The notes below the pieces were generated by a model that saw only the letters and a list, made by a program, of their open reading frames with translations, had not been told where the DNA came from and made no database searches. A stretch of DNA of 64,000 nucleotides from Dehalococcoidia bacterium (GTDB lineage Bacteria; Chloroflexota; Dehalococcoidia; Plut-88900). The position numbers were made by a program, and so were the translations under genes. Position 1 is the first letter of the stretch, and every line of letters begins with the position of its first letter. Below, piece by piece: positions 8,241 to 17,495 of this stretch. The stretch covers positions 128,001 through 192,000 of the forward strand of contig CBDFLQ010000006.1 in NCBI GenBank assembly GCA_965249275.1, written 5' to 3'.

Positions 8241-9499
8241 GTACCAAAGACCTCTATTACTTTGTCTAGTCCCTTGACCAGGGCGTCAATGTCAGACTTG
8301 GTGTTATAGAAAGCTAGCGACGCCCTGGCCGTCGCCGCAATCCCGAAGTGCTGCATCACCGGCTGGGCGCAGTGGTGCCCCGTCCGGATCGCCACCCCTT
8401 CCGTGTCCAGTATCGTTCCCACGTCATGGGCGTGAATGCCGTCCAGCAGGAAAGATACTACCCCCGCCTTCTTACGCGCCGTCCCCAGAATCCGCACCCG
8501 TTCTATCGATGATAGCGCCTCGTGGGCGTAGCTCAACAACGAGCTTTCATACTCTGAGATGCGTCCCATCCCCACTTCCTGCACATAGTCAATTGCCGCG
8601 CCCAACCCTATAGCTCCGGCTATGTTCGGCGTCCCAGCCTCGAATTTGTAGGGCAAGTCGTTGTACACGGTCTTTTCAAAAGTCACCGACTTGATCATGT
8701 CCCCACCGCCCTGGTAGGGAGGCATCGATTCAAGCAGGTCGGCTTTGCCGTAAAGCACTCCCATCCCCGTCGGCCCGAACACCTTGTGGGAGGAAAATGC
8801 CAGGAAGTCACAGTCGATGTCCTGCACGTCCACCGGGCCATGAGGCACGGCCTGCGCCGCGTCGATAAGCACTGGAATGCCCCGACTGTGGGCCATCTCA
8901 ACTATCGTCTTCACAGGGTTAACGGTTCCCAGCGCATTCGACGTGTGCGCCATGGACACCAGCTTCGTCCGAGGCCCCAGGATCCGCTCATACTCGTCTA
9001 TGAGCAGTTCCCCGTCCTCGTTGAAGGGAACAACCTTCAACACGGCCCCCGTCTGCTCGCACACCACCTGCCACGGCACAATGTTCGAGTGGTGCTCCAT
9101 CTCCGAGATCACGATCTCGTCCCCCGCCCCGACCCGGTCCCGGCCGTAGCTCGCAGCCACTAGGTTTATCCCGTCAGTCGTGCCCTTTACGAAGATGATT
9201 TCACGGTCCTCGGCTGCGTTTATGAACTTCCGCACCTTGGTTCGTGACCCTTCGTACTCTGCGGTCGCCATCTCGCTTAGAGCATGGAGCCCGCGGTGAA
9301 CATTGGAATTGTAGCGAGAGTAGTAATCGCTGATCGTGTCTATGACGGCTTGGGGTTTCTGGCTCGTGGCCGCATTGTCGAGATATACCAGCGGCTTGCC
9401 CCTGACCTCCTGGTTAAGGGCCGGGAACTCGCTTCTGAGCTTTGCGACCTCCCGCTCGTCCAGGGGCCTGGCGAGGTCTCTAGACACGGATGTGCTCAC
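8237..9499 (-). CDS. sufS: Cysteine desulfurase
   Basis: YLDNAATSQKP, SSHK (PLP Lys), RTGHHCAQP. Confidence 0.95.
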   Translation of the reverse strand: MSTSVSRDLARPLDEREVAKLRSEFPALNQEVRGKPLVYLDNAATSQKPQAVIDTISDYYSRYNSNVHRGLHALSEMATAEYEGSRTKVRKFINAAEDREIIFVKGTTDGINLVAASYGRDRVGAGDEIVISEMEHHSNIVPWQVVCEQTGAVLKVVPFNEDGELLIDEYERILGPRTKLVSMAHTSNALGTVNPVKTIVEMAHSRGIPVLIDAAQAVPHGPVDVQDIDCDFLAFSSHKVFGPTGMGVLYGKADLLESMPPYQGGGDMIKSVTFEKTVYNDLPYKFEAGTPNIAGAIGLGAAIDYVQEVGMGRISEYESSLLSYAHEALSSIERVRILGTARKKAGVVSFLLDGIHAHDVGTILDTEGVAIRTGHHCAQPVMQHFGIAATARASLAFYNTKSDIDALVKGLDKVIEVFGT

Positions 9500-10824
9500 C
9501 GGGCCTCCTCGAATGCGCCGGACTCGGCGAACTTGGCGAACTCTCCGTCCACCAGGGTCATCAGGTGGTCTCTGATGCGGGAGTCGGCCACTTTCGCTAC
9601 AATCGATGTCGCAAAACCGTACGTCAATATTCGTTTTGCCTGCCCCGGCCCGATGCCACGGCTGGCCAAATAGAATATCTGCTCAGCGTCCAACTGGCCC
9701 ACCGTCGCTCCGTGGGAACACTTCAGGTCGTCTGCGAATATTTCCAGCTGGGGCTTGGTGTCGACCATCGCCTTGTCTGAAATCAAAAGGTTGTTATTGG
9801 CCTGCTGCGCGTCGACCTGATGAGTCCCGCGCCGCGCTATCACCTTGCCGTTGAACACTCCCCTGGCGCTGCCTGCCAAAACTCCCTTATACAGCTGCCG
9901 ACTTGGCGTGAACGAACTCCTGTGGTCCACCGACGTATGGTTGTCCACGTGACAGTTTTCCGAGGCTATGTACAGCCCGTTCATTTCGCACGTCGCTCCC
10001 TCTCCATCCAGCCTCACCGATAGATCATTCCGCCCTATCTTGGCCCCTATGTCCAGTGAAAAAGAAGAGAGCTCGCTGTTTCTCGCAAGCGTCGCGTTGG
10101 TCGTCCCGACGTGATAGGCCTTAGTCCCCTCTGCCTGTACCTTGAAATAATCTAGTCGAGCCCCGGGCCCTATCACAATTTCTGTAACCGCATTGGTCAG
10201 GTAAACGCCGTCACCGCCGCCGTACTGCTCTATCATCGTGGCCCGGGCGCCCTCCCCCAAGACGATCAGATTGTACGGATTGGCCATGCACGGAGTCGGC
10301 CCCGAGTCCGCAGCGAATGAGAGCACAATAGGCGAAGGCGCCGCTGCACCGGCGGGCACGTGTACGAATCCACCGTCCCTGAGGAAAGCATTGTTAAGTG
10401 CGACAAACCCGTTGGGTCGCTCGGCGGACTGCCTGTTCAGGTGCGGTTCTATCAGCTCCGGCGAATCTCGCAGCGCCGAGGCCAGACTCATCACCCGAAT
10501 CGAATCTGGCAACCCTTCCCCCGATAGTGCCCGGCCAACGCACAGCCCTCCGCAGAAGATTAGTCCAGGAAAGTCTGGTACCAGCGACGAAGCCGCATCC
10601 GCTCCTGTCCTGCCCGCCAGCGCAAAGCTCTGCCTGGCTATCGGCGCGACGTTCGTGTATTTCCAGTCCTCGTTCCGAGTTGTGGGGAAGCCCAGCGTCT
10701 CGAATTCACGGAAGGCTTCTCGGCGGAGCGATTTCAGCCAAGCCGGGGCCCGATCGTCTTCTGACGATTGAAGGGACTCCAACTGACCGGCATATGAGTA
10801 GTCGCTGCTACGGACCTGCACCAA
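9496..10824 (-). CDS. sufD: Fe-S cluster assembly protein SufD
   Basis: EDWKYT, KPQLEIFADDLKCSHGATVGQLD; operon position. Confidence 0.93.
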   Translation of the reverse strand: MVQVRSSDYSYAGQLESLQSSEDDRAPAWLKSLRREAFREFETLGFPTTRNEDWKYTNVAPIARQSFALAGRTGADAASSLVPDFPGLIFCGGLCVGRALSGEGLPDSIRVMSLASALRDSPELIEPHLNRQSAERPNGFVALNNAFLRDGGFVHVPAGAAAPSPIVLSFAADSGPTPCMANPYNLIVLGEGARATMIEQYGGGDGVYLTNAVTEIVIGPGARLDYFKVQAEGTKAYHVGTTNATLARNSELSSFSLDIGAKIGRNDLSVRLDGEGATCEMNGLYIASENCHVDNHTSVDHRSSFTPSRQLYKGVLAGSARGVFNGKVIARRGTHQVDAQQANNNLLISDKAMVDTKPQLEIFADDLKCSHGATVGQLDAEQIFYLASRGIGPGQAKRILTYGFATSIVAKVADSRIRDHLMTLVDGEFAKFAESGAFEEAR

Positions 10825-10856
10825 TGTGGGTTTCTCCCTGGGGATTGGAGGGCCGG

Positions 10857-11612
10857 TTAAGCCTTGGCTGCCTGATCACGCACCCAGTCGTAGCCCTGCT
10901 CTTCCAGGTGGTGGGCCAGGCTCCCGTCGCCCGACTCTACAATGCGTCCGTCCATCAGCACGTGAACGTAGTCCGGGTCAACGTAATCTAGCATCCTCTG
11001 ATAGTGGGTAATGAGGACTACGGCCTTCGAGGGGCTCCGAAGCTGGTTGATCCCCTCGGCTACGATTCTGAGGGCGTCGATGTCCAGGCCGGAGTCCGTC
11101 TCGTCCAGCACTGCCAGATCGGGCTCAAGAACGGCCATCTGGAGAATTTCATTCCTCTTCTTTTCACCGCCGGAAAAGCCGTCGTTCAGGGGTCGCGACA
11201 GATATGCCGAGTCCATCTCGACCACCTTCAGCTTGTCCTGAAGGAAGCGGTAGAACTCCACGGCGTCCATCTCAGGCAGGCCCCTGTACTGCTGCAGTGA
11301 GTTGTACGCGGTCTTCAAAAACTCCTGGTTTGATACCCCCGGAATCTCGTATGGGTACTGGAAAGCCATGAATACGCCTTCCCTGGCCCGGTCTTCCGGT
11401 GGCACGTCCAGCAGAGACTTGCCTTTGTATAGAATCTCACCCTTGGTGCAGGTGTACGAATGGTGCCCGGCTAATACACGAGCCAAGGTGCTCTTACCGG
11501 AGCCGTTCGGCCCCATGATGGCATGAAATTCCCCGGCCTTGACCGTGAGGTTTATACCCTTGAGGATAGGTACGTCCCCGACTCCCGCGTGAAGGTCTTT
11601 GATCTCGAGCAA
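10857..11612 (-). CDS. sufC: Fe-S cluster assembly ATPase SufC
   Basis: GPNGSGKST, FSGGEKKR, LDETDSGLDID. Confidence 0.95.
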   Translation of the reverse strand: MLEIKDLHAGVGDVPILKGINLTVKAGEFHAIMGPNGSGKSTLARVLAGHHSYTCTKGEILYKGKSLLDVPPEDRAREGVFMAFQYPYEIPGVSNQEFLKTAYNSLQQYRGLPEMDAVEFYRFLQDKLKVVEMDSAYLSRPLNDGFSGGEKKRNEILQMAVLEPDLAVLDETDSGLDIDALRIVAEGINQLRSPSKAVVLITHYQRMLDYVDPDYVHVLMDGRIVESGDGSLAHHLEEQGYDWVRDQAAKA

Positions 11613-11629
11613 GTCGGTTCCGCCTCCGC

Positions 11630-13066
11630 CTACCCCGTCGACCCTTCGAGACTCACCCCGAGAAGCCGACTCGCCTCCACCGCAAACTCAAAAGGTAGTT
11701 TCTTCACCACGTCCCGGCAGAACCCGCTGACTATCAGCCCTACGGCATTCTCCAGCGAGATGCCCCTCTGCTGGCAGTAAAACAGCTGCTCCTCGTTTAT
11801 CTTGGAGGTGGTTGCCTCGTGCTCCATGTTGGAGGAGCTGTTCTTAACTTCCACGTATGGGAAGGTGTGGGCACCGCACTGGTCCCCGATAAGCAGGGAG
11901 TCGCACTGGGTGTAGTTCTTGGAACCCCCCGCCCTTGGCCCGATTCGCACCAAGCCCCGGTACGTGTTGTTCCCGTGCCCCGCCGATATGGCCTTGGACA
12001 CTATTGTGCTTTTCGTGTCCCGGCCCAGGTGGATCATCTTCGTGCCCGTGTCCGCCTGCTGGTAGTTGTTGGTCAGCGCTATCGAGTAGAACTCACCAAC
12101 GGACCGGTCTCCCTGCAAAATAACACCCGGGTACTTCCAGGTTATCGCCGATCCCGTCTCAACCTGCGTCCACGATATCCGAGAGTCATCTCCCGCACAC
12201 TTGCCCCGCTTCGTGACGAAATTATAGATGCCGCCCTTGCCATTCTTGTCACCAGGGTACCAGTTCTGTACGGTCGCGTACTTGATCTCGGCGTTCCCGA
12301 GAGCCACCAGTTCGACAACTGCGGCATGAAGCTGGTTCTCATCCCGCATCGGCGCCGTGCAGCCTTCCAGGTAGCTCACGTAGCTGCCCTCGTCGGCCAC
12401 GATCAGCGTTCTCTCGAACTGCCCTGTGTCCCGAGCGTTGATCCTGAAATAGGTGGAAAGCTCGACAGGACACCTGACTCCCTTCGGGATATAACAGAAT
12501 GACCCATCGCTGAATACTGCCGAGTTGAGCGTCGCGAAGAAGTTGTCGGTATAAGGCACCACAGACCCCAGATACTTCTTAATCAGATCCGGGTATTTGT
12601 GCACAGCCTCAGAGAAGGAGCAGAAAATGATACCTATCTTGGCCAGCCGCTCCTGGTGAGTCGTGGCCACCGACACGCTGTCGAACACCGCGTCCACCGC
12701 GACTCCAGCCAACCACTTCTGCTCATCCAGGGAAATGCCCAGCTTTTCGTAGGTCTCCAGAAGCTCGGGGTCCACTTCGTCCAGGCTGTTGGGAGCCTTC
12801 TTGGGTGCGGCAAAGTAAACAATATCTTGATAGTCGATTGGCGGATAGGTGACATTCTGCCAGGAGGGTTCCTTCATCGTGAGCCAATGCCGGTAGGCTC
12901 GCAGCCGCCATTCCAGCATGAATTCGGGCTCGCCCTTTTTCGCCGAGATCCACCGGACTACGTCTTCACTAAGGCCGGGCGCCAACCTATCCTGTTCAAT
13001 ATCAGTGACGAAACCGTACTTGTATTCTTGGTCGGCTATTGCCTGGATTGTGGCCTTGCTTGCCAT
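11630..13066 (-). CDS. sufB: Fe-S cluster assembly protein SufB
   Basis: [30 protein letters not shown]. Confidence 0.96.
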   Translation of the reverse strand: MASKATIQAIADQEYKYGFVTDIEQDRLAPGLSEDVVRWISAKKGEPEFMLEWRLRAYRHWLTMKEPSWQNVTYPPIDYQDIVYFAAPKKAPNSLDEVDPELLETYEKLGISLDEQKWLAGVAVDAVFDSVSVATTHQERLAKIGIIFCSFSEAVHKYPDLIKKYLGSVVPYTDNFFATLNSAVFSDGSFCYIPKGVRCPVELSTYFRINARDTGQFERTLIVADEGSYVSYLEGCTAPMRDENQLHAAVVELVALGNAEIKYATVQNWYPGDKNGKGGIYNFVTKRGKCAGDDSRISWTQVETGSAITWKYPGVILQGDRSVGEFYSIALTNNYQQADTGTKMIHLGRDTKSTIVSKAISAGHGNNTYRGLVRIGPRAGGSKNYTQCDSLLIGDQCGAHTFPYVEVKNSSSNMEHEATTSKINEEQLFYCQQRGISLENAVGLIVSGFCRDVVKKLPFEFAVEASRLLGVSLEGSTG

Positions 13067-13670
13067 CTGTATTATCCGTCTCGACTTAGTATTTGGGTAT
13101 GCGAGGCTGGTCTATTACATCAAAAACCGGGGCCTGCCGGTAAAGCGGGGGCCCCGGTGAGCCACCGAGTTGAATGTCTAGGGGAATTATAATCTGTTTT
13201 GTTATAAAAATCCATTGAACCCCCTCAGTCAGTCTCACCGCCGAGGCGTGAATCCACCCCCAGTGGCACACCCGCTCACCTGAATGCCTCCGTCATTCCG
13301 GCCGGCGAGAGCCGGAATCCATCCCCGGTGGCGGGGCCGTGTCCGGTCCCCTCTCCCGTCGGAGGGAGAGGGGTAGGGTGAGGGTGATTCTCCCACCCCT
13401 CCCCCCGAGCCCCGGAATCCATCTCCAGTGGCAGGGCCGCTCACCCTGAGCGCCGTCGAAGGGTCGAGCGGGGGGGGGAGGCCCCGCACTGCCAAACCGT
13501 CGCACCCGTCCAACACCCCCCTCCCCCCTTGGCAACGATATATCAGTAAAACAGGGTGGGTGGGCGGGTACCAATTAAACGGGGTGGCCGGGAGGCGTCC
13601 TACCCCCTCTCCCTCCGATGGGAGAGGGGTGGGGTGAGGGTGACCTTTCCCCAAAAGTGACACGAACCCC

Positions 13671-13700
13671 TTGACCCAATCGAAACACATGTACTATATT
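13671..13700 (+). promoter_or_regulatory. Sigma70-like promoter with degenerate LexA-like box (element E2)
   Basis: TTGACC (13671-13676), AAAC-ACAT-GTAC (13683-13694), TATATT (13695-13700). Confidence 0.65.
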
Positions 13701-14618
13701 CGCCCCAGGCTCCGACCTTGTACGTCGGCCCTAATAAGGAAAGGACTAAAGGAGTCCCATGAGTCGCACCAGCCTAATCAGGCCCCGTCACACCCGAGCG
13801 GTATGGAACCGCCCGGCGCCCGACACGCGCCTCCTCCCGAGTCCCTCTTTCAACACCGTGTCCCTCGGATTCCCTCTACCAAGCGATGGAAGGTCCTTCG
13901 ACTGTCGGCGGCATTCTCCCTCTAAGGGCCTTTGCCGATATATCGCCCCCTCATCCGGGCGTTTGCTCCTCGCCGACTTTACCCTCGCCGAGGATATATC
14001 CGCGTCTTTTGACGCGTTTGCCAGGGCCTTAGTGCCCTTATCCGGCTCCACCACCCGCTGTAACTGGAGATTCTCCTTCGGTCCACCGCGGCATCGAGTC
14101 GTTATGCCGTCCCACGCAGCGGTCGAGCGCTGCCGCCGGACGGATAATCCCCACCCAGAGACGCCCTCGACTTCGGTATGTCTCCTCCGACATGCGTGGG
14201 GATATCGCAGGACAGCCGTCGACGCCACCGGCGTCGGCGCAGGTGTCGTCGTCTTCCTGCTTACCAGTCCCGGACCTTCCATCGCCTCCCCTTCCTTTGC
14301 CCCATTCCCAGGCTCCGTGAGGAATCTCGGACTTGCCCACTCACCTATCTCTGCCCTCCCAGCCACTCAGCCGAAATCCAGGTGGGGAGGCCCCTCACCC
14401 CGCCACCCACGAAAGGAACCCGCCTATCTGCTCACATCCCCCACTCTCCCAACCGAGCAGCCAAAGAAAACGTCCCTTTTCCAAAACAATCAAAATTCGT
14501 GTCTCTAACCGAAATTCAATCAACCCCCCCATCGGGACAACCCCCACAAAAGGAGACCGCCTGCTAGCCCATACCCCCCACTCACCCCCCACAATCGAAG
14601 ATCCGCCTCAGGAGGACT
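13671..14618 (+). other. Dispersed structured intergenic element E2
   Basis: 5' part homologous to E1. Perfect 14-bp long-range stem 13883-13896 / 14272-14285. 32-nt tail identical to that of E4. Confidence 0.55.
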
Positions 14619-14793
14619 AAATATCGCACCTTCCGGGGCCTGGCATCTGGCCCTCACTGAACGGGTCAAAGGGACAGCGTACTGGCGAGAAGGCACCCTT
14701 TACCCTCATCAACCTTCCCCTCCCGGTTGACGCCCACGCACCCGCTTATTACAGTTGTCTCCCGAGACGACCATCCCGAAGGGAGTACCCGAC

Positions 14794-16191
14794 TTGACCT
14801 CTGAACAACCCACCCGAATAGAAAAAGACTCCATGGGCCCAATGGAGGTCCCCGCCGACGCCTACTACGGCGCTTCGACCATGCGGGCTGTCCTCAATTT
14901 TCCCATCAGTGACCTGAGGTTCCCCCGTTCCTTCATCCGAGCCCTCGGCCTTATAAAGCTCACCGCCGCCGAGGTTAACTCCAGCCTCGGATTGCTGGAA
15001 CCCGACAAGAAAGACGCCATCGTCCAGGCCGCCCAGGAAGTCGTCGACGGCAAACTTGACGACCATTTCGTCCTCGATGTCTTCCAGACTGGCTCCGGCA
15101 CCTCCACGAACATGAACGCCAACGAGGTCATCGCCAACCGAGCCTCCGAGATCATGGGCGGCGATATCGGCTCCCGTATCGTCCATCCCAACGACCACGT
15201 AAACAAGGGCCAGTCTTCCAACGACGTCATCCCCACAACAATGCACCTCGCTGCCCTTACCGAAATCGAGACCAATCTCATCCCCGCCCTCCAGCGCACA
15301 CAGGCCGCCCTTGAATCCAAGTCCCGAGAGTTCTGGGACATCATCAAGACTGGTCGCACTCACCTGCAGGACGCGACCCCCGTGCGGCTCGGGCAGGAGT
15401 TTCTTGGTTACGCAGGCCAGATCCAGCTCGGCATCCGACGCCTCTCCCACGCCCGAGAAGAGCTTTCACAGGTCGCCCTCGGCGGCACCGCTGTCGGCAC
15501 GGGGGTCAACACCCACCCCGAGTTCTCAGCAAGAGTCACCGCCCGCGTCTCCGAGCTCGGCGGTGTGGAAATTCGAGAAACCGAGAACCACTTCCAGGCC
15601 CAGAACACCCTCGACGCCGTCGTCGAGTCCAGCGCCGTCCTACGCACCATCGCCATCAGCCTTACCAAGATAGCCAACGACATCCGGTGGATGGGCTCAG
15701 GCCCGAGGGCTGGCATCGGAGAGCTTGCCCTGCCGGAAGTTCAGCCCGGAAGCTCCATCATGCCCGGCAAGGTCAACCCGGTCATTCCGGAATCCGTCAT
15801 CCAGGTCTGCGCCCAGGTCAAAGGCAACGATACGGCCATCGCCGCTGCGGCCCAGGACAGCTACTTCGAGATCAACCTGATGATGCCCGTCGCCGCCTAC
15901 AATCTCCTGCAGTCAATCTCCATACTCGCCGCCGCCGCGGACAACTTCACCGGCCAGTGCATCGAGGGCCTCCAGGCCACCGACCGGGGCCCCCAAACCG
16001 TGGAGCGAGGCCTTATGATCGGCACCTCCCTGGCCCCCGTCATCGGCTACGACCTCGCCGCCCAAATCGCCAAGGAAGCCGCGAAGAGTGACCGCACCAT
16101 CCGTGAGGTCGCCCGAGAGCTCACCAACCTCTCCGAGGAAGACCTCTCCCGCATCCTAGACCCCAAAACCATGGTCGAACCCCGCGCCTAG
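14794..16191 (+). CDS. fumC: Class II fumarate hydratase
   Basis: RIEKDSMG, QTGSGTSTNMN, GSSIMPGKVNP. Start placed at TTG after GGGAG (ORF track start is 14755). Confidence 0.93.
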   Translation: MTSEQPTRIEKDSMGPMEVPADAYYGASTMRAVLNFPISDLRFPRSFIRALGLIKLTAAEVNSSLGLLEPDKKDAIVQAAQEVVDGKLDDHFVLDVFQTGSGTSTNMNANEVIANRASEIMGGDIGSRIVHPNDHVNKGQSSNDVIPTTMHLAALTEIETNLIPALQRTQAALESKSREFWDIIKTGRTHLQDATPVRLGQEFLGYAGQIQLGIRRLSHAREELSQVALGGTAVGTGVNTHPEFSARVTARVSELGGVEIRETENHFQAQNTLDAVVESSAVLRTIAISLTKIANDIRWMGSGPRAGIGELALPEVQPGSSIMPGKVNPVIPESVIQVCAQVKGNDTAIAAAAQDSYFEINLMMPVAAYNLLQSISILAAAADNFTGQCIEGLQATDRGPQTVERGLMIGTSLAPVIGYDLAAQIAKEAAKSDRTIREVARELTNLSEEDLSRILDPKTMVEPRA

Positions 16192-16207
16192 AGTTTCTCC
16201 AGAAAAG

Positions 16208-16240
16208 AAAGCGTCGGCGCAATGCGCCGACGCTTTTCCT
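16208..16240 (+). terminator. Intrinsic terminator
   Basis: AAAGCGTCGGCGC-AAT-GCGCCGACGCTTT followed by TCCT after fumC. Confidence 0.75.
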
Positions 16241-16326
16241 ATCCTATTACGCCCCTATTCCATCCGTCATTCCCGAGAAATCGGGCTCACGAAGTACGGC
16301 CTATCCAGAGTTAAATGTTCAGGTAG

Positions 16327-17421
16327 CTACCCCGGAAACTGGATCACAGACCGCAACACCTCACCCCTCTCCATCTCCTCAAAAGCCTCCTCCACGTCCT
16401 CCAGCTTGATCAGCTTCGTCACCGCCCTGTCCAGGTCCAGCTTGCCCTGCAGGTACCAGTTGGCCAGCATCGGGAAGTCCCGAGACGGCAGGTTGTCCCC
16501 GTACCAGCTAACCTTCAAAGACCCCCCGAGCCCAAAGAACTGCAGCATAGGTAGTTCCATCACCATCGTCGGGTCCGGCACCCCGATCAGCGTGCACGTC
16601 CCCGCCAAGTCCCGAGACCACAGCGCCTGCAGCAACGTCGCCGGTGTCCCGACAGCCTCGAAGGAGTGGTCGACACCGTGGCCTCCCGTTATCTCCTTGA
16701 TCGCTTCAACCGGGTCGCCCTTGGTCGCATCGACTACGTGAGTAGCCCCGAAATCCTTGGCCCATGCCAGCTTGTTATCGGCTATGTCCACCCCGATGAT
16801 CGTCTTTGCATTAGCCAACTTGGCGCCCATGATCACGCTGCAACCCACCCCCCCGCATCCATAGACCGCCACCGTGCTCCCCCGACGCACGCCCCCCGTA
16901 TAAAGCGCCGCCCCGACTCCCGTGGTCACTCCGCAGCCGAGAAGACAGGCCTGCTCCGGCGGACATTCCCGGGGCACGGGTATAGCCTGCTTAGCCGACA
17001 CAACCGTATGCGAGCAAAACCCTCCGATTCCCAGCGCGGGCGAAAGCTGCTTCCCGTCGCTCTTGGCGAACATCCGAGGTTTCGCATTCAGGCTCGCCGA
17101 GCACAAATGCGGCTGCCCTATAGCGCAAAACCGGCAGTTGCCGCACGGCGCCCGCCAGGCGATCACCACGTATGCGCCTACAGCCGGAGATTCCACCCCC
17201 TCCCCCACCGACTCCACGATACCCGCAACCTCGTGCCCGAGCAGGAAGGGAAACTCATCGTTAATTTTGCCCAGCTTATAGTGGAGGTCGGTATGGCACA
17301 CCCCACTGGCCTGAATTCTTACCAGCACCTCACCGGGCCCCGGGTCCTCAACCACCATCTCCTCCACCCGTGTAGGCACACCCGCCTCCCTCGAAATCAC
17401 CGCCTGCGCTATCGTAGACAT
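16327..17421 (-). CDS. Zn-dependent dehydrogenase, S-(hydroxymethyl)mycothiol dehydrogenase-like
   Basis: GVCHTDLHY..G.INDEFPFLLGHE, WRAPCG.C, LSPALGIG, SWYGD.LPSRDFP resemble actinobacterial MscR/AdhE2. Confidence 0.75.
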   Translation of the reverse strand: MSTIAQAVISREAGVPTRVEEMVVEDPGPGEVLVRIQASGVCHTDLHYKLGKINDEFPFLLGHEVAGIVESVGEGVESPAVGAYVVIAWRAPCGNCRFCAIGQPHLCSASLNAKPRMFAKSDGKQLSPALGIGGFCSHTVVSAKQAIPVPRECPPEQACLLGCGVTTGVGAALYTGGVRRGSTVAVYGCGGVGCSVIMGAKLANAKTIIGVDIADNKLAWAKDFGATHVVDATKGDPVEAIKEITGGHGVDHSFEAVGTPATLLQALWSRDLAGTCTLIGVPDPTMVMELPMLQFFGLGGSLKVSWYGDNLPSRDFPMLANWYLQGKLDLDRAVTKLIKLEDVEEAFEEMERGEVLRSVIQFPG

Positions 17422-17495
17422 GTACAACCTCCGCGAAAGCTGAAATGTCCGAGTATCCTAACACAGTCCTCAGGAAAGCATCAGCAAAATCATAG

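Noticed and set aside
14620-14710. SRP RNA on the - strand (GCCAGGCCCCGGAAGG)
   Set aside because: Lacks the following AGCAG of helix 8 and I could not build the long SRP hairpin. An Infernal search would settle it.
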